DNA of 64,000 nt, taken from NCBI GenBank assembly GCA_002348605.1, contig DEBQ01000006.1:78715-142714 (forward strand), read 5' to 3'. Under the pieces are notes generated by a model. The model searched no databases. It saw only the letters and a list, made by a program, of their open reading frames with translations, and was not told the DNA's origin. Made by a program: the position numbers and the translations under genes. Shown in pieces: positions 47,699 to 55,738 of the stretch. Within the stretch, counting starts at the first letter, position 1. Each line of letters opens with the position of its first letter. This DNA is from Candidatus Saccharibacteria bacterium UBA2952. Lineage in GTDB: Bacteria > Patescibacteriota > Saccharimonadia > Saccharimonadales > Saccharimonadaceae.

Positions 47699-48229
47699 AT
47701 GAAAACTTTTTGGGAAGTATTAATCACAGTCGTATTGGTATCAGTGGCTGCCACAGGTATGTATTTTTTCCAGCAAAGTACGATCGACGATTTGACTGCC
47801 AAAAACAAATCCCTTACTAGCAATATTCAAAAGCTGAAGGCAGACAGCAATACCAAAAGTACCTCAGGCGGCAACAAGCAAACCGCAACTACGACGTACA
47901 AGTCCGAAAAAGGCGTAAAGGTCACGGTAAATGCACCGACAAGTGGCGCCAAGGTCACTAGCCCGCTCACCGTTACCGGCAGCGTGCCAGGTTCGTGGTC
48001 ATTCGAAGCCCAGTTCACGGTCAGGCTCATAGATGCCCAGGGCAATCTGCTCGCCGACTCACCTGCCAAACTGCAGGGTGACTGGATGACCGATAAACTA
48101 GTGCCGTTTACTGCGAACCTGTCATTCGGCCAAGGTGCTAGCAAGAACGGCACATTAGTATTGCTCAAAGCCAACCCATCGGGTCTGGATGAAAACAACG
48201 ACAGCGTCGTTATTCCTGTTACGTTCTAG
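47699..48229 (+). CDS. Membrane-anchored protein with Gmad2-like Ig domain
   Basis: AAGGAGGG SD; N-terminal TM; VTSPLTVTGSVPGSWSFEAQFTVRLIDAQGNLL pattern. Confidence 0.6.
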   Translation: MKTFWEVLITVVLVSVAATGMYFFQQSTIDDLTAKNKSLTSNIQKLKADSNTKSTSGGNKQTATTTYKSEKGVKVTVNAPTSGAKVTSPLTVTGSVPGSWSFEAQFTVRLIDAQGNLLADSPAKLQGDWMTDKLVPFTANLSFGQGASKNGTLVLLKANPSGLDENNDSVVIPVTF

Positions 48230-48297
48230 CCGGATTTTTCTATTGCATTTGCGCTAAACCGGCGTATAGTTGCATATGTCTCAGGAGAAACTTTAAT

Positions 48298-48537
48298 ATG
48301 TGTAACGAACAAAGCCACCAAACCCTTACCCAACCAGAACACTTCGTACGCCATACCATGGAGGTTGAGCGTGCCTGCGCGTTGACGCGCCGTGGGCTGG
48401 GCTGCGTGTCGCTTGAACAAGCCATGCAAGACGCCCAAGAAGCCCTATCGCTTGCCGATAAAGACGTAGCGCGCGAATGTACCCATATGCTGCAACTTGT
48501 CGTGTCGGGCAACCTACCTGCTGCTGCCAAGTTATAA
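48298..48537 (+). CDS. Hypothetical small protein
   Basis: 79 aa with AGGAG 10 nt upstream of the ATG; competing antisense ORFs look less protein-like. Confidence 0.35.
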   Translation: MCNEQSHQTLTQPEHFVRHTMEVERACALTRRGLGCVSLEQAMQDAQEALSLADKDVARECTHMLQLVVSGNLPAAAKL

Positions 48538-48558
48538 CTCTTCACAAAATTACAGAAA

Positions 48559-48585
48559 TTAGCACTCTTGACATGAGAGTGCTAA
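48559..48585 (+). promoter_or_regulatory. CIRCE operator (HrcA binding site) overlapping the hsp20 promoter
   Basis: Perfect TTAGCACTC-N9-GAGTGCTAA. The N9 spacer contains TTGACA (48568-48573), and TATAAT at 48592-48597 lies 18 nt downstream. Confidence 0.85.
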
Positions 48586-48652
48586 TTTTTCTATAATTAT
48601 AAATAGAAAAGGTTTACCCTTTTCGCTAACAATCAAATGAAAGGAGGTTACT

Positions 48653-49075
48653 ATGAGTAACTTAATCAAGTTTGATCCGTTTGCGGAAATCCAAGCCTTA
48701 CAGAAGCAATTCTTCTCGGACGATTGGTTTTCGCCGATCAAAACAATGCAAATGCCAACTACAGATGTATACACATCTAAGGACGACAAAGAGCTTACCG
48801 TCGAAGCTCACCTGCCAAACTTCGACCAAAAAGACGTCAATATAAGTATCGACAAAGGCAATCTTGTCATCCGCGCCGAGCGTCACGAGCAAGAAAAAGA
48901 CAAGGACAAAAAGTACATCGTACGCGAAAGCTCTTCAAGCTTCTACCGCAGCATTCGCCTGCCCGAAGCCGCCGACGAAAACTCAATAAAGGCCAAAATG
49001 AAAGATGGCGTACTTAAGGTGACTGTGCAATTCAAAGAGTTGCCGAAGCCGAAGCAAATCGCGATTGAAGCGTAA
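48653..49075 (+). CDS. Hsp20/alpha-crystallin small heat-shock protein
   Basis: 140 aa; alpha-crystallin domain with the C-terminal GVLKVTV motif; AAAGGAGG SD. Confidence 0.9.
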   Translation: MSNLIKFDPFAEIQALQKQFFSDDWFSPIKTMQMPTTDVYTSKDDKELTVEAHLPNFDQKDVNISIDKGNLVIRAERHEQEKDKDKKYIVRESSSSFYRSIRLPEAADENSIKAKMKDGVLKVTVQFKELPKPKQIAIEA

Positions 49076-49084
49076 GCTCAAACT

Positions 49085-49109
49085 AAAAACGCCACATGCT
49101 GGCGTTTTT
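49085..49109. terminator. Bidirectional rho-independent terminator
   Basis: AAAAACGCCA-CATGC-TGGCGTTTTT. Confidence 0.85.
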
Positions 49110-49122
49110 AGTTTATGAATAA

Positions 49123-49524
49123 TTACCGAAAAAAGAATTTATCAATAAGAAGGTAAATGTTTGTTAAGGCTAAGAAAAGAACGACTGTTATTACTTCCCA
49201 TTGGTCTTTTACATACACCCATCCGAATCTCTGAATATACTCATCTTCATCGCGTAGGTCACCACCTCGAACATTGTTTAACCCGCGCTCTTTCATCAGT
49301 AATCGAGTTACCTTATTCTCGTATTTTTCAGCATGCTCTTTGCTGATAATTCCCAAATCTTCGGTAAGTTCAATTTCAATAGGCTTATGCCGCATCGTCC
49401 AGTAGGCTCCACGTTTTTTGAGCAAATGTTCTTGAAATCTTTCTTCAGGCGTTTTTGATGTTATGCCAACATAACACTTGCCGTGTTCAAGCTTTAAAAT
49501 ATATAGCCACCACCTCATATTCAT
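49123..49524 (-). CDS. GIY-YIG domain protein with C-terminal hydrophobic helix
   Basis: 133 aa; WWLYILKLEHGKCYVGITSKTPEERFQEH matches the GIY..YIG core; later RGG and an Asn; C-terminal TVVLFLALTNIYLLI. Confidence 0.65.
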   Translation of the reverse strand: MNMRWWLYILKLEHGKCYVGITSKTPEERFQEHLLKKRGAYWTMRHKPIEIELTEDLGIISKEHAEKYENKVTRLLMKERGLNNVRGGDLRDEDEYIQRFGWVYVKDQWEVITVVLFLALTNIYLLIDKFFFR

Positions 49525-49543
49525 TTCTCGCTCTCTATTTATC

Positions 49544-51397
49544 TTATCGTTGCATGCGTTTAAGGTATTTCAGTGTTTCCGGGTTAGTGCAATATATATA
49601 GCAACCTTTCATGCCACGTGTCATTAACACCTTATATATATTGCGCACCAAACGATTAAGTTCCTTCGGGTTGTCTTTCAGCCCTTTCTTCCCAACCTTA
49701 TCGTAATACTTCGAATAGTCTGTATAGAATGTCGATGTTTGGTCATTATACCCAAGGTCATCACCAATTATTACTCCAACGTAGTCAAATTCTAAACCTT
49801 GCGAAGTGTGAATACATCCAACCTGGTTGACCCCCTCAGAATCTATCGCCCATGTAGAGCCAACCTTACGCGAATTCCAGGGCATTGCGAATTCGTATTC
49901 GGGAACAAGTACATCGCTGACTTGCGCGTCAGCATTTCCCTCTTTTTGAGATGTCCACTCCCATGCATAGCCTGCTAAGATACGCGCACTATGACCCTCT
50001 GCATCTTTGCGCTTGATGGCTTTACGCATTTCATTTGGGTCATCAAAGATCTTGAATTCAAAGTCGCCGTCTTCCCAGCCGTCGTAATTGGCTGTTTCGC
50101 GTAGCTGCAATATGTCATCAAGCCAGTTCACGTAGCCTTCTGCTCCTGAACAACGGAATTGGGCAGACAGTTCCATTTCATGGACATCTGCGCCATAAAG
50201 ATTTGCGTAGTATTTGATTTCTTGTACCGAGCCAACGTCGTCAGGCCGGACCATTTGATTATCATCAATAAAAAAGATGGTTGTACGCGCAGCTTTGACG
50301 ACGTCATCAACCTGGTTGAGACCCTGATACATATAAGCGCCGCGCTGCTTGAGTCGGTGCGCCTCGTCCACAATAAGCGCATCGAATTCGTTTGGATTAC
50401 TTTCAACAAAGTTCGATGAGCCCATGAAAAGATTCTTTAGTCGCATGAGAGGCATAGTACCCGCTAGTTTTTTTACGAGTGTTTCGCGAAATGATGCATT
50501 TGGGGCAACGAAGACGGCATTTAGCTCATCGTTAAGGAGCGAATTGAGCAGGTTCAGTGATACGACCGATTTGCCTGTGCCCGGACCGCCTTTGATGATG
50601 ACGACTGACTTGCCTGTCTTTGTATGATTAGCGATGTAGCGAGCTCGCTCGAATGCGACCTTTTGCGCATCGAGAAGTCTATATTCCTCATTGCCTTCGA
50701 ACATTCCCGAGACGTAGTCGACAAGCTTTTTTGACGGTTTGATTTTGCCCGACTCAATCTCATAGAGAATGTCCATACCCTTACCGTATTTGACATATTT
50801 TTTCAGAAATTCTTCAAGCTTTTGTTGGTCGTCGCGCAGAAATAGCGGAGAGCGCTCGACGAGCTGCGCGTAGCGAGAATCCTTAAGTGGCTCGGGTTGC
50901 TTCTCGACATAATTGTGAAGATAAGCGCAAGAGTAAGCAGCTACAGAATCGTTCGCTACGTTTTCGTTGAAATCAGAAATAAAGTCTTTATAGCTTAATG
51001 CTTGATAGCTGGGGTGTGGGACGATGCGGTTTGCACCACCTGTAAACGTCTCGACGACAAGCTCATCACCATCAGCTGCGAGCGCTTCAGACCATTGCTT
51101 CAATTCGACTATGATGAAGTTCTTACCTCCTTGCTCATCCTCGCCAGATACAATGAAATCTACCCGGTAATTCGTGAGAGGGATTTTGTACTCAATCATG
51201 ATGCCGCAATCGTCCGCGATTTCTGCACGCCGGACTACGCGCTCCATCTGAGGTAAAGAATTGGTATACGCACCACGTTCGGCTGGTGGAATTCCTCGTC
51301 CTAGCTTCGAACGAAAAGCTGCTTCAATAGCAGGCAGGATTTTACCTGCATCTACAGTGTCTCGAAATTCTTTTGCCGTAGATTGATAAATTATCAC
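49544..51397 (-). CDS. DUF2075-type P-loop NTPase (SF1 helicase-like) with N-terminal PD-(D/E)xK-like module
   Basis: 617 aa; N-terminal YRVDFIV..IIVELKQW; Walker A GGPGTGKS; Walker B LIVDEAHRL; C-terminal HTSQGLEFDYVGVI and MTRGMKG. Confidence 0.75.
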   Translation of the reverse strand: MIIYQSTAKEFRDTVDAGKILPAIEAAFRSKLGRGIPPAERGAYTNSLPQMERVVRRAEIADDCGIMIEYKIPLTNYRVDFIVSGEDEQGGKNFIIVELKQWSEALAADGDELVVETFTGGANRIVPHPSYQALSYKDFISDFNENVANDSVAAYSCAYLHNYVEKQPEPLKDSRYAQLVERSPLFLRDDQQKLEEFLKKYVKYGKGMDILYEIESGKIKPSKKLVDYVSGMFEGNEEYRLLDAQKVAFERARYIANHTKTGKSVVIIKGGPGTGKSVVSLNLLNSLLNDELNAVFVAPNASFRETLVKKLAGTMPLMRLKNLFMGSSNFVESNPNEFDALIVDEAHRLKQRGAYMYQGLNQVDDVVKAARTTIFFIDDNQMVRPDDVGSVQEIKYYANLYGADVHEMELSAQFRCSGAEGYVNWLDDILQLRETANYDGWEDGDFEFKIFDDPNEMRKAIKRKDAEGHSARILAGYAWEWTSQKEGNADAQVSDVLVPEYEFAMPWNSRKVGSTWAIDSEGVNQVGCIHTSQGLEFDYVGVIIGDDLGYNDQTSTFYTDYSKYYDKVGKKGLKDNPKELNRLVRNIYKVLMTRGMKGCYIYCTNPETLKYLKRMQR

Positions 51398-51756
51398 TCA
51401 GCGAGCTCCGTATACTTTTTATGATTTCCTTTTGATTTTTCTACGGGATACTTAGCAGCGTTTTTTACCATCTTTTTTTCAAATGCATCCACTAAATCGA
51501 TGTCCATTTTATTTGCGAGTAATAACACCCAATAAAAAACATCTGCAAGCTCTTCACCAACTTCATTTTTTTTATTTTTTGCGTGCTCTTCCATTTCTTC
51601 AGTATTTTTCCATTGAAAATGCTCCATAACTTCAGCGGCTTCAAGCGCGAGCGAAATTGATAGGTCTTTTGGATTATGAAACTGATCCCAGTCACGATCA
51701 TCAACATGCTTTCGAATCATTAGTTGTAGGTCTTGCAAAGACTGTGACTGGCTCAT
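51394..51756 (-). CDS. MazG-like nucleotide pyrophosphohydrolase
   Basis: 120 aa; LALEAAEVMEHFQW and EVGEELADVFYWVLLLA metal-binding helices; 4-nt overlap with the DUF2075 gene. Confidence 0.8.
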   Translation of the reverse strand: MSQSQSLQDLQLMIRKHVDDRDWDQFHNPKDLSISLALEAAEVMEHFQWKNTEEMEEHAKNKKNEVGEELADVFYWVLLLANKMDIDLVDAFEKKMVKNAAKYPVEKSKGNHKKYTELAE

Positions 51757-52033
51757 ACGTATCTCCGAGTAAGTTGCGTTATGTATGTAATTATACTCTG
51801 TAATAATTAATCCTCGCAGTTCTGCTGCGTGAAAACATTACCGTTATAAATCCCGCAACACATTTTCGCCTCAGTTAATACGAAAAACATACCGTGAAAA
51901 CTTGGTATGATGCCGCTCGTGTTATATGCTCGTACTTGTGTGTCTGGCGCCTTTGACGGCACTAGATAACACGAATCGCACCAATTAAACACAAACATCC
52001 GACATTATTAATCGGTGCGATATAGGAGAGAAA

Positions 52034-52753
52034 ATGCAATCTAAAATCGGTCTTGTGACGCTTGGCGTCATTACTCCGTTAGTGCTTTTGAACGGTACAA
52101 CCGTGCAAGCAAAGAGCGAATCAACAGATACGAAAAAGGCATCGGCCCAAACAAAGCCGGCCGAAAAGGCACCTGAAAAACCAGCACCCGTGTACGTAGA
52201 AGTGCAGCTAGGCGACACTCTAAGTGCGATCGCCGACCGGTACCAAACATCGTACGTGCGTATTTTTAATGCGAACGAGCAAATCGTGAACCCGGACGTC
52301 ATTGACGTGGGACAGAAGTTCCGTATTCCTGACCCAAGCGAAGACTTACCGGACCGAGTACTGCCAGCTGCGCCTGCAGTGCAAGCAGCCGTGCAGAGTG
52401 CCGTGGCATCGAGCCCTGTGCAAGCTCGCCTTTCGCAGAGCGCCCGTGGTTCGAGTGCCGGAAATACTTATGGGTACGGCTGGTGTACTTGGTACGCCAA
52501 GCAAATGCGCCCTGACCTACCAAACAACTTAGGTAACGGTGGCCAATGGGTAGCGAATGCCCGCGCCCAGGGTATTCCAACCGGTACGACTCCCCGCGTA
52601 GGAGCAATCGCCGAACAAAGCGGCCATGTTGCCTACGTAGAAGCCGTGAACGGTAGTATGGTGACCGTTAGTGAAATGGGTTGGAACTACCAGCAAGGTC
52701 AGTACAACCGCCGAACGGTACCTGCAAGCACGTTCTGGGGCTACATTTACTAA
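52034..52753 (+). CDS. Secreted LysM + CHAP peptidoglycan hydrolase
   Basis: Signal-like N-terminus; LysM VQLGDTLSAIADRY..GQKFRIP; CHAP GWCTWYA (Cys) .. GHVAYVE (His). Confidence 0.85.
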   Translation: MQSKIGLVTLGVITPLVLLNGTTVQAKSESTDTKKASAQTKPAEKAPEKPAPVYVEVQLGDTLSAIADRYQTSYVRIFNANEQIVNPDVIDVGQKFRIPDPSEDLPDRVLPAAPAVQAAVQSAVASSPVQARLSQSARGSSAGNTYGYGWCTWYAKQMRPDLPNNLGNGGQWVANARAQGIPTGTTPRVGAIAEQSGHVAYVEAVNGSMVTVSEMGWNYQQGQYNRRTVPASTFWGYIY

Positions 52754-52892
52754 TACCTCGCTTGTTGCCAAAGCCCCAGACATTAAAGAACGCCGGCCCT
52801 ACCCCGCCGGCGTTCTTATATATATGTCGGACTACCGGTACCACTGTAAGGCGTGCTACCATTAATCTATAGCCGGAAAATATGGGAATACG

Positions 52893-54443
52893 ATGTTTGC
52901 TCAGGTAAAACGGCACTGGTTCGGGCTTTATTCGTTTGCCCAAAGCTTTGTTGCCAGGTCGTTTAAAAATGAGCTACAGCCGATTCGCTTATTCCAGAAA
53001 CTTTTACCCACACTTGTCGTAATTACACTGACCGAAATAATATTCAGAAACACTGGCAGCGGGTACAGCGTAATTATTATTGTGCTGTTAAGTCTCATGC
53101 TTTATTCGGCATACCAGTTTGGGGCACTCGTAGGCATGATTAGTGCGCTACTTACCGTTTTATATAACTTTTACCTGATTGCTGCCACGCTAAATATCCC
53201 GCTGCTGTCGGAAAGGACACTCGAAAGCGGCATCGTAATCGCGCTAGTGTTCCCTATGCTGGCACTGCTAATCGGCGTGCTGAAAGAGCGCAACAACATA
53301 CTGTTTGAAGGCGAGCAAGCCGCCCGTATGCGCGCTGAAGATATTGCCGAACGGTTGCGATTCATGTCGGAATCCATGCCGCAAAAAATCTTTACCATGC
53401 TGCCGAACGGTAAGAATGACTACATGAACCCTCAGTGGAAAGAATATACCGGCAATGTAGCAAGGCCGGACTTTGCGAAAATAGTACACCCACAGGACTA
53501 CAAAGAAAACATGGCGGCCTGGAAGCACTCGCTTGAAACCGGCGAACCGTTTCAGTTTGAACACCGCCTGCGGCGAACCGACGGTCAATACGTGTGGCAT
53601 CTGACCCGTGCAACAGCCATGCACGACAAAAAAGGCAAAATAACATTGTGGATTGGGTCGAGCACCGACATTGAAAGCGTACGAAAGGCCAAGCGGCTTG
53701 AAGCCAACACTGCTCGCCTTATTAAGCAGCGCACGCAACTAATGGAGCTTAACAAAGCCAAAGACGAGTTTATTTCGCTGGCGTCGCACCAACTACGTAC
53801 GCCAGCCACCAGCGTGAAGCAGTACATAAATATGATTCTAGACGGCTACGGCGGCAAAATATCGCCGAAGGTCAAAAAGCTACTTGCTACAGCTAATGCC
53901 AGTAATGAACGACAACTTTCGGTCATTAATGACCTACTGCAGGTAGCACAGGTAGACGCCGGCAAAGTGGTACTACGCAAAGAACCGGTGAATATTGACG
54001 ACCTACTGGCGAGTATTATTCGTGACGACACGTCGACGTTCAAAGACCGCGGGCAAAAAGCGAAGTACGTGCACCGGCGCCGCAAAGTCACCGTGAACGC
54101 CGACCCGACCAAACTGCGCATGGCAATTGAAAACGTCATAGACAACGCCAGCAAATACTCCCCACCCAACACTACCGTAACCGTGCGCCTGACTGCCGTA
54201 AGCGGCAAAGTGCGCATAAGCATAAAAGACGAAGGCGTAGGCATTCCAAAGTCGGACCTAAAAAAGATATTCGACAAATTCACACGCATAGACAATCCTC
54301 TGTCGAACGTGGTTGGTGGTAACGGATTGGGGTTGTACTGGGTACAGAAAGTGATTGAACTGCATGGTGGGGACATTTCGGCCACTTCGGTGCTTGGAAA
54401 AGGTTCGACGTTTACTATAACCCTGCCGTCAGTAGGTAAATAA
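52893..54443 (+). CDS. Membrane PAS-domain sensor histidine kinase
   Basis: 4 N-terminal TM segments, a PAS-like segment, H-box SLASHQLRTPAT and a G-box GGNGLGL. Confidence 0.85.
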   Translation: MFAQVKRHWFGLYSFAQSFVARSFKNELQPIRLFQKLLPTLVVITLTEIIFRNTGSGYSVIIIVLLSLMLYSAYQFGALVGMISALLTVLYNFYLIAATLNIPLLSERTLESGIVIALVFPMLALLIGVLKERNNILFEGEQAARMRAEDIAERLRFMSESMPQKIFTMLPNGKNDYMNPQWKEYTGNVARPDFAKIVHPQDYKENMAAWKHSLETGEPFQFEHRLRRTDGQYVWHLTRATAMHDKKGKITLWIGSSTDIESVRKAKRLEANTARLIKQRTQLMELNKAKDEFISLASHQLRTPATSVKQYINMILDGYGGKISPKVKKLLATANASNERQLSVINDLLQVAQVDAGKVVLRKEPVNIDDLLASIIRDDTSTFKDRGQKAKYVHRRRKVTVNADPTKLRMAIENVIDNASKYSPPNTTVTVRLTAVSGKVRISIKDEGVGIPKSDLKKIFDKFTRIDNPLSNVVGGNGLGLYWVQKVIELHGGDISATSVLGKGSTFTITLPSVGK

Positions 54444-54445
54444 CC

Positions 54446-55114
54446 ATGCTAGACCACCATATTCAAAAGTCGATCGTATACGACCTGGCGTTCGCCGAAA
54501 GCCTGCGCTTTAGCGACCTAAAGCCGGATGACATGGAAAACAAGGCCTTCACCTACCACCTGAAGAAAGTCATGAAAGCCGGCCTAGTGGAAAAGTTGGA
54601 CGACGGCCGCTACACGCTAACCATGAAAGGCCGCCGGGTTGGGAAAGGTGCGTTAAAAAAAGAGAGCCGGTTATTAGACAGGGCGTATTCAATCCTTCTG
54701 CTCGCAGTCAGAAACATTGAAGACGATACCTGGCTACTGTATAAACGGCAGACCCAACCCCTGCTTGGACTGGTCGGGTTTATGCAAGCCCAGCCGGTCG
54801 CCGAAACCGACGCATGCAGTACGGCCGAGAAGACGTGTTTCGAGGAGACTGGAATCAAGGCCGAATTCGCAGTTCAGGGCCATGGGTATTTTAGGGTGTA
54901 CCGTAAAGGCGAGCTTGAAAGCTTCATTCATTTCACGCTCCTTATTGGGCAAGATCCTCAGGGCGAACTGCTTGAAACAGCGGAATCGGCCGGTTACTTT
55001 TGGCAACGAACGCCGAACTTCGCGCACCCTGATATGCTACCGAACATGCAAACACTTCACAAAATGTGCTTAGATCTACCTGGTTCTTTTGTTGAAGCGA
55101 CATTTGAGTTGTAG
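54446..55114 (+). CDS. Winged-HTH protein fused to a Nudix-like domain with a degenerate Nudix box
   Basis: N-terminal wHTH (FTYHLKKVMKAGLVEKLDDGRYTLT). The C-terminal segment carries KTCFEETGI in place of REx2EExGU. Starts 2 nt after the kinase stop. Confidence 0.5.
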   Translation: MLDHHIQKSIVYDLAFAESLRFSDLKPDDMENKAFTYHLKKVMKAGLVEKLDDGRYTLTMKGRRVGKGALKKESRLLDRAYSILLLAVRNIEDDTWLLYKRQTQPLLGLVGFMQAQPVAETDACSTAEKTCFEETGIKAEFAVQGHGYFRVYRKGELESFIHFTLLIGQDPQGELLETAESAGYFWQRTPNFAHPDMLPNMQTLHKMCLDLPGSFVEATFEL

Positions 55115-55255
55115 TCTTCATATTATTTGTCCTTTCGTTACTTGCTATACATAACTATGGACTTTGGCCGCTTAAGAAGCAGTGAAGACTTTTTCACCAA
55201 CTAGTTTGAATACTTCCATGTTTACTTATTTGTTAAAATATTATATAATAAAAGT

Positions 55256-55738
55256 ATGAATACCATAGAGCGTCTTCGAATAAATCCCGAAGACCCCTCC
55301 ATACAGCAGATGCTTGCTAGGCAGGCGATGGAAGCGATACGCGCTGAAGTGTATATCAACTACTTACACGCTGTCGACCAGTACCATGGCGGCTGCGATA
55401 CCAATCATCCAGCTGCTATTGAATTGCAAAACGAAAAAAGTGCTTTTGCCCGCTCAGAATATCCTCTAATTCCATATTTTTGGCTACTACACAACGATGA
55501 CGGGTCGATATTCCAGGAAATGCTTGAGCTTAATAAGATAGACCCGAACACCGCCGAGCATCCACTCATTACCCATCGCACCCACCTGAATGGTCTGCAC
55601 ATAACAGACGGCAAGTTACTCGTAGCTATTTTTAACAACACGTCAGAAGAAGTATGGCGTAATGCTCACTTCACCCACAAACAATCCAGCCTATTGTTCG
55701 GACACGCCCGTGAGATTGAAGCCATAGCCAGAGACTAA
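55256..55738 (+). CDS. Hypothetical protein
   Basis: 160 aa; ATG 6 nt after TATAAT; 3' end overlaps the convergent kinase gene by 48 nt. Confidence 0.5.
   Translation: MNTIERLRINPEDPSIQQMLARQAMEAIRAEVYINYLHAVDQYHGGCDTNHPAAIELQNEKSAFARSEYPLIPYFWLLHNDDGSIFQEMLELNKIDPNTAEHPLITHRTHLNGLHITDGKLLVAIFNNTSEEVWRNAHFTHKQSSLLFGHAREIEAIARD

Noticed and set aside
48226-48545. Minus-strand ORFs 48226-48438 and 48240-48545, which compete with the 79-aa plus-strand ORF.
   Set aside because: They have no SD or promoter, and their Ser/Arg/Trp-rich composition looks like an antisense frame. The plus-strand ORF has AGGAG at the correct spacing, although it too is low confidence.
51757-52033. A c-di-AMP (ydaO) riboswitch upstream of the LysM-CHAP hydrolase.
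   Set aside because: The conserved ACGGGGA/CCCA-type pseudo-symmetric cores are absent. Only a single simple hairpin is present.
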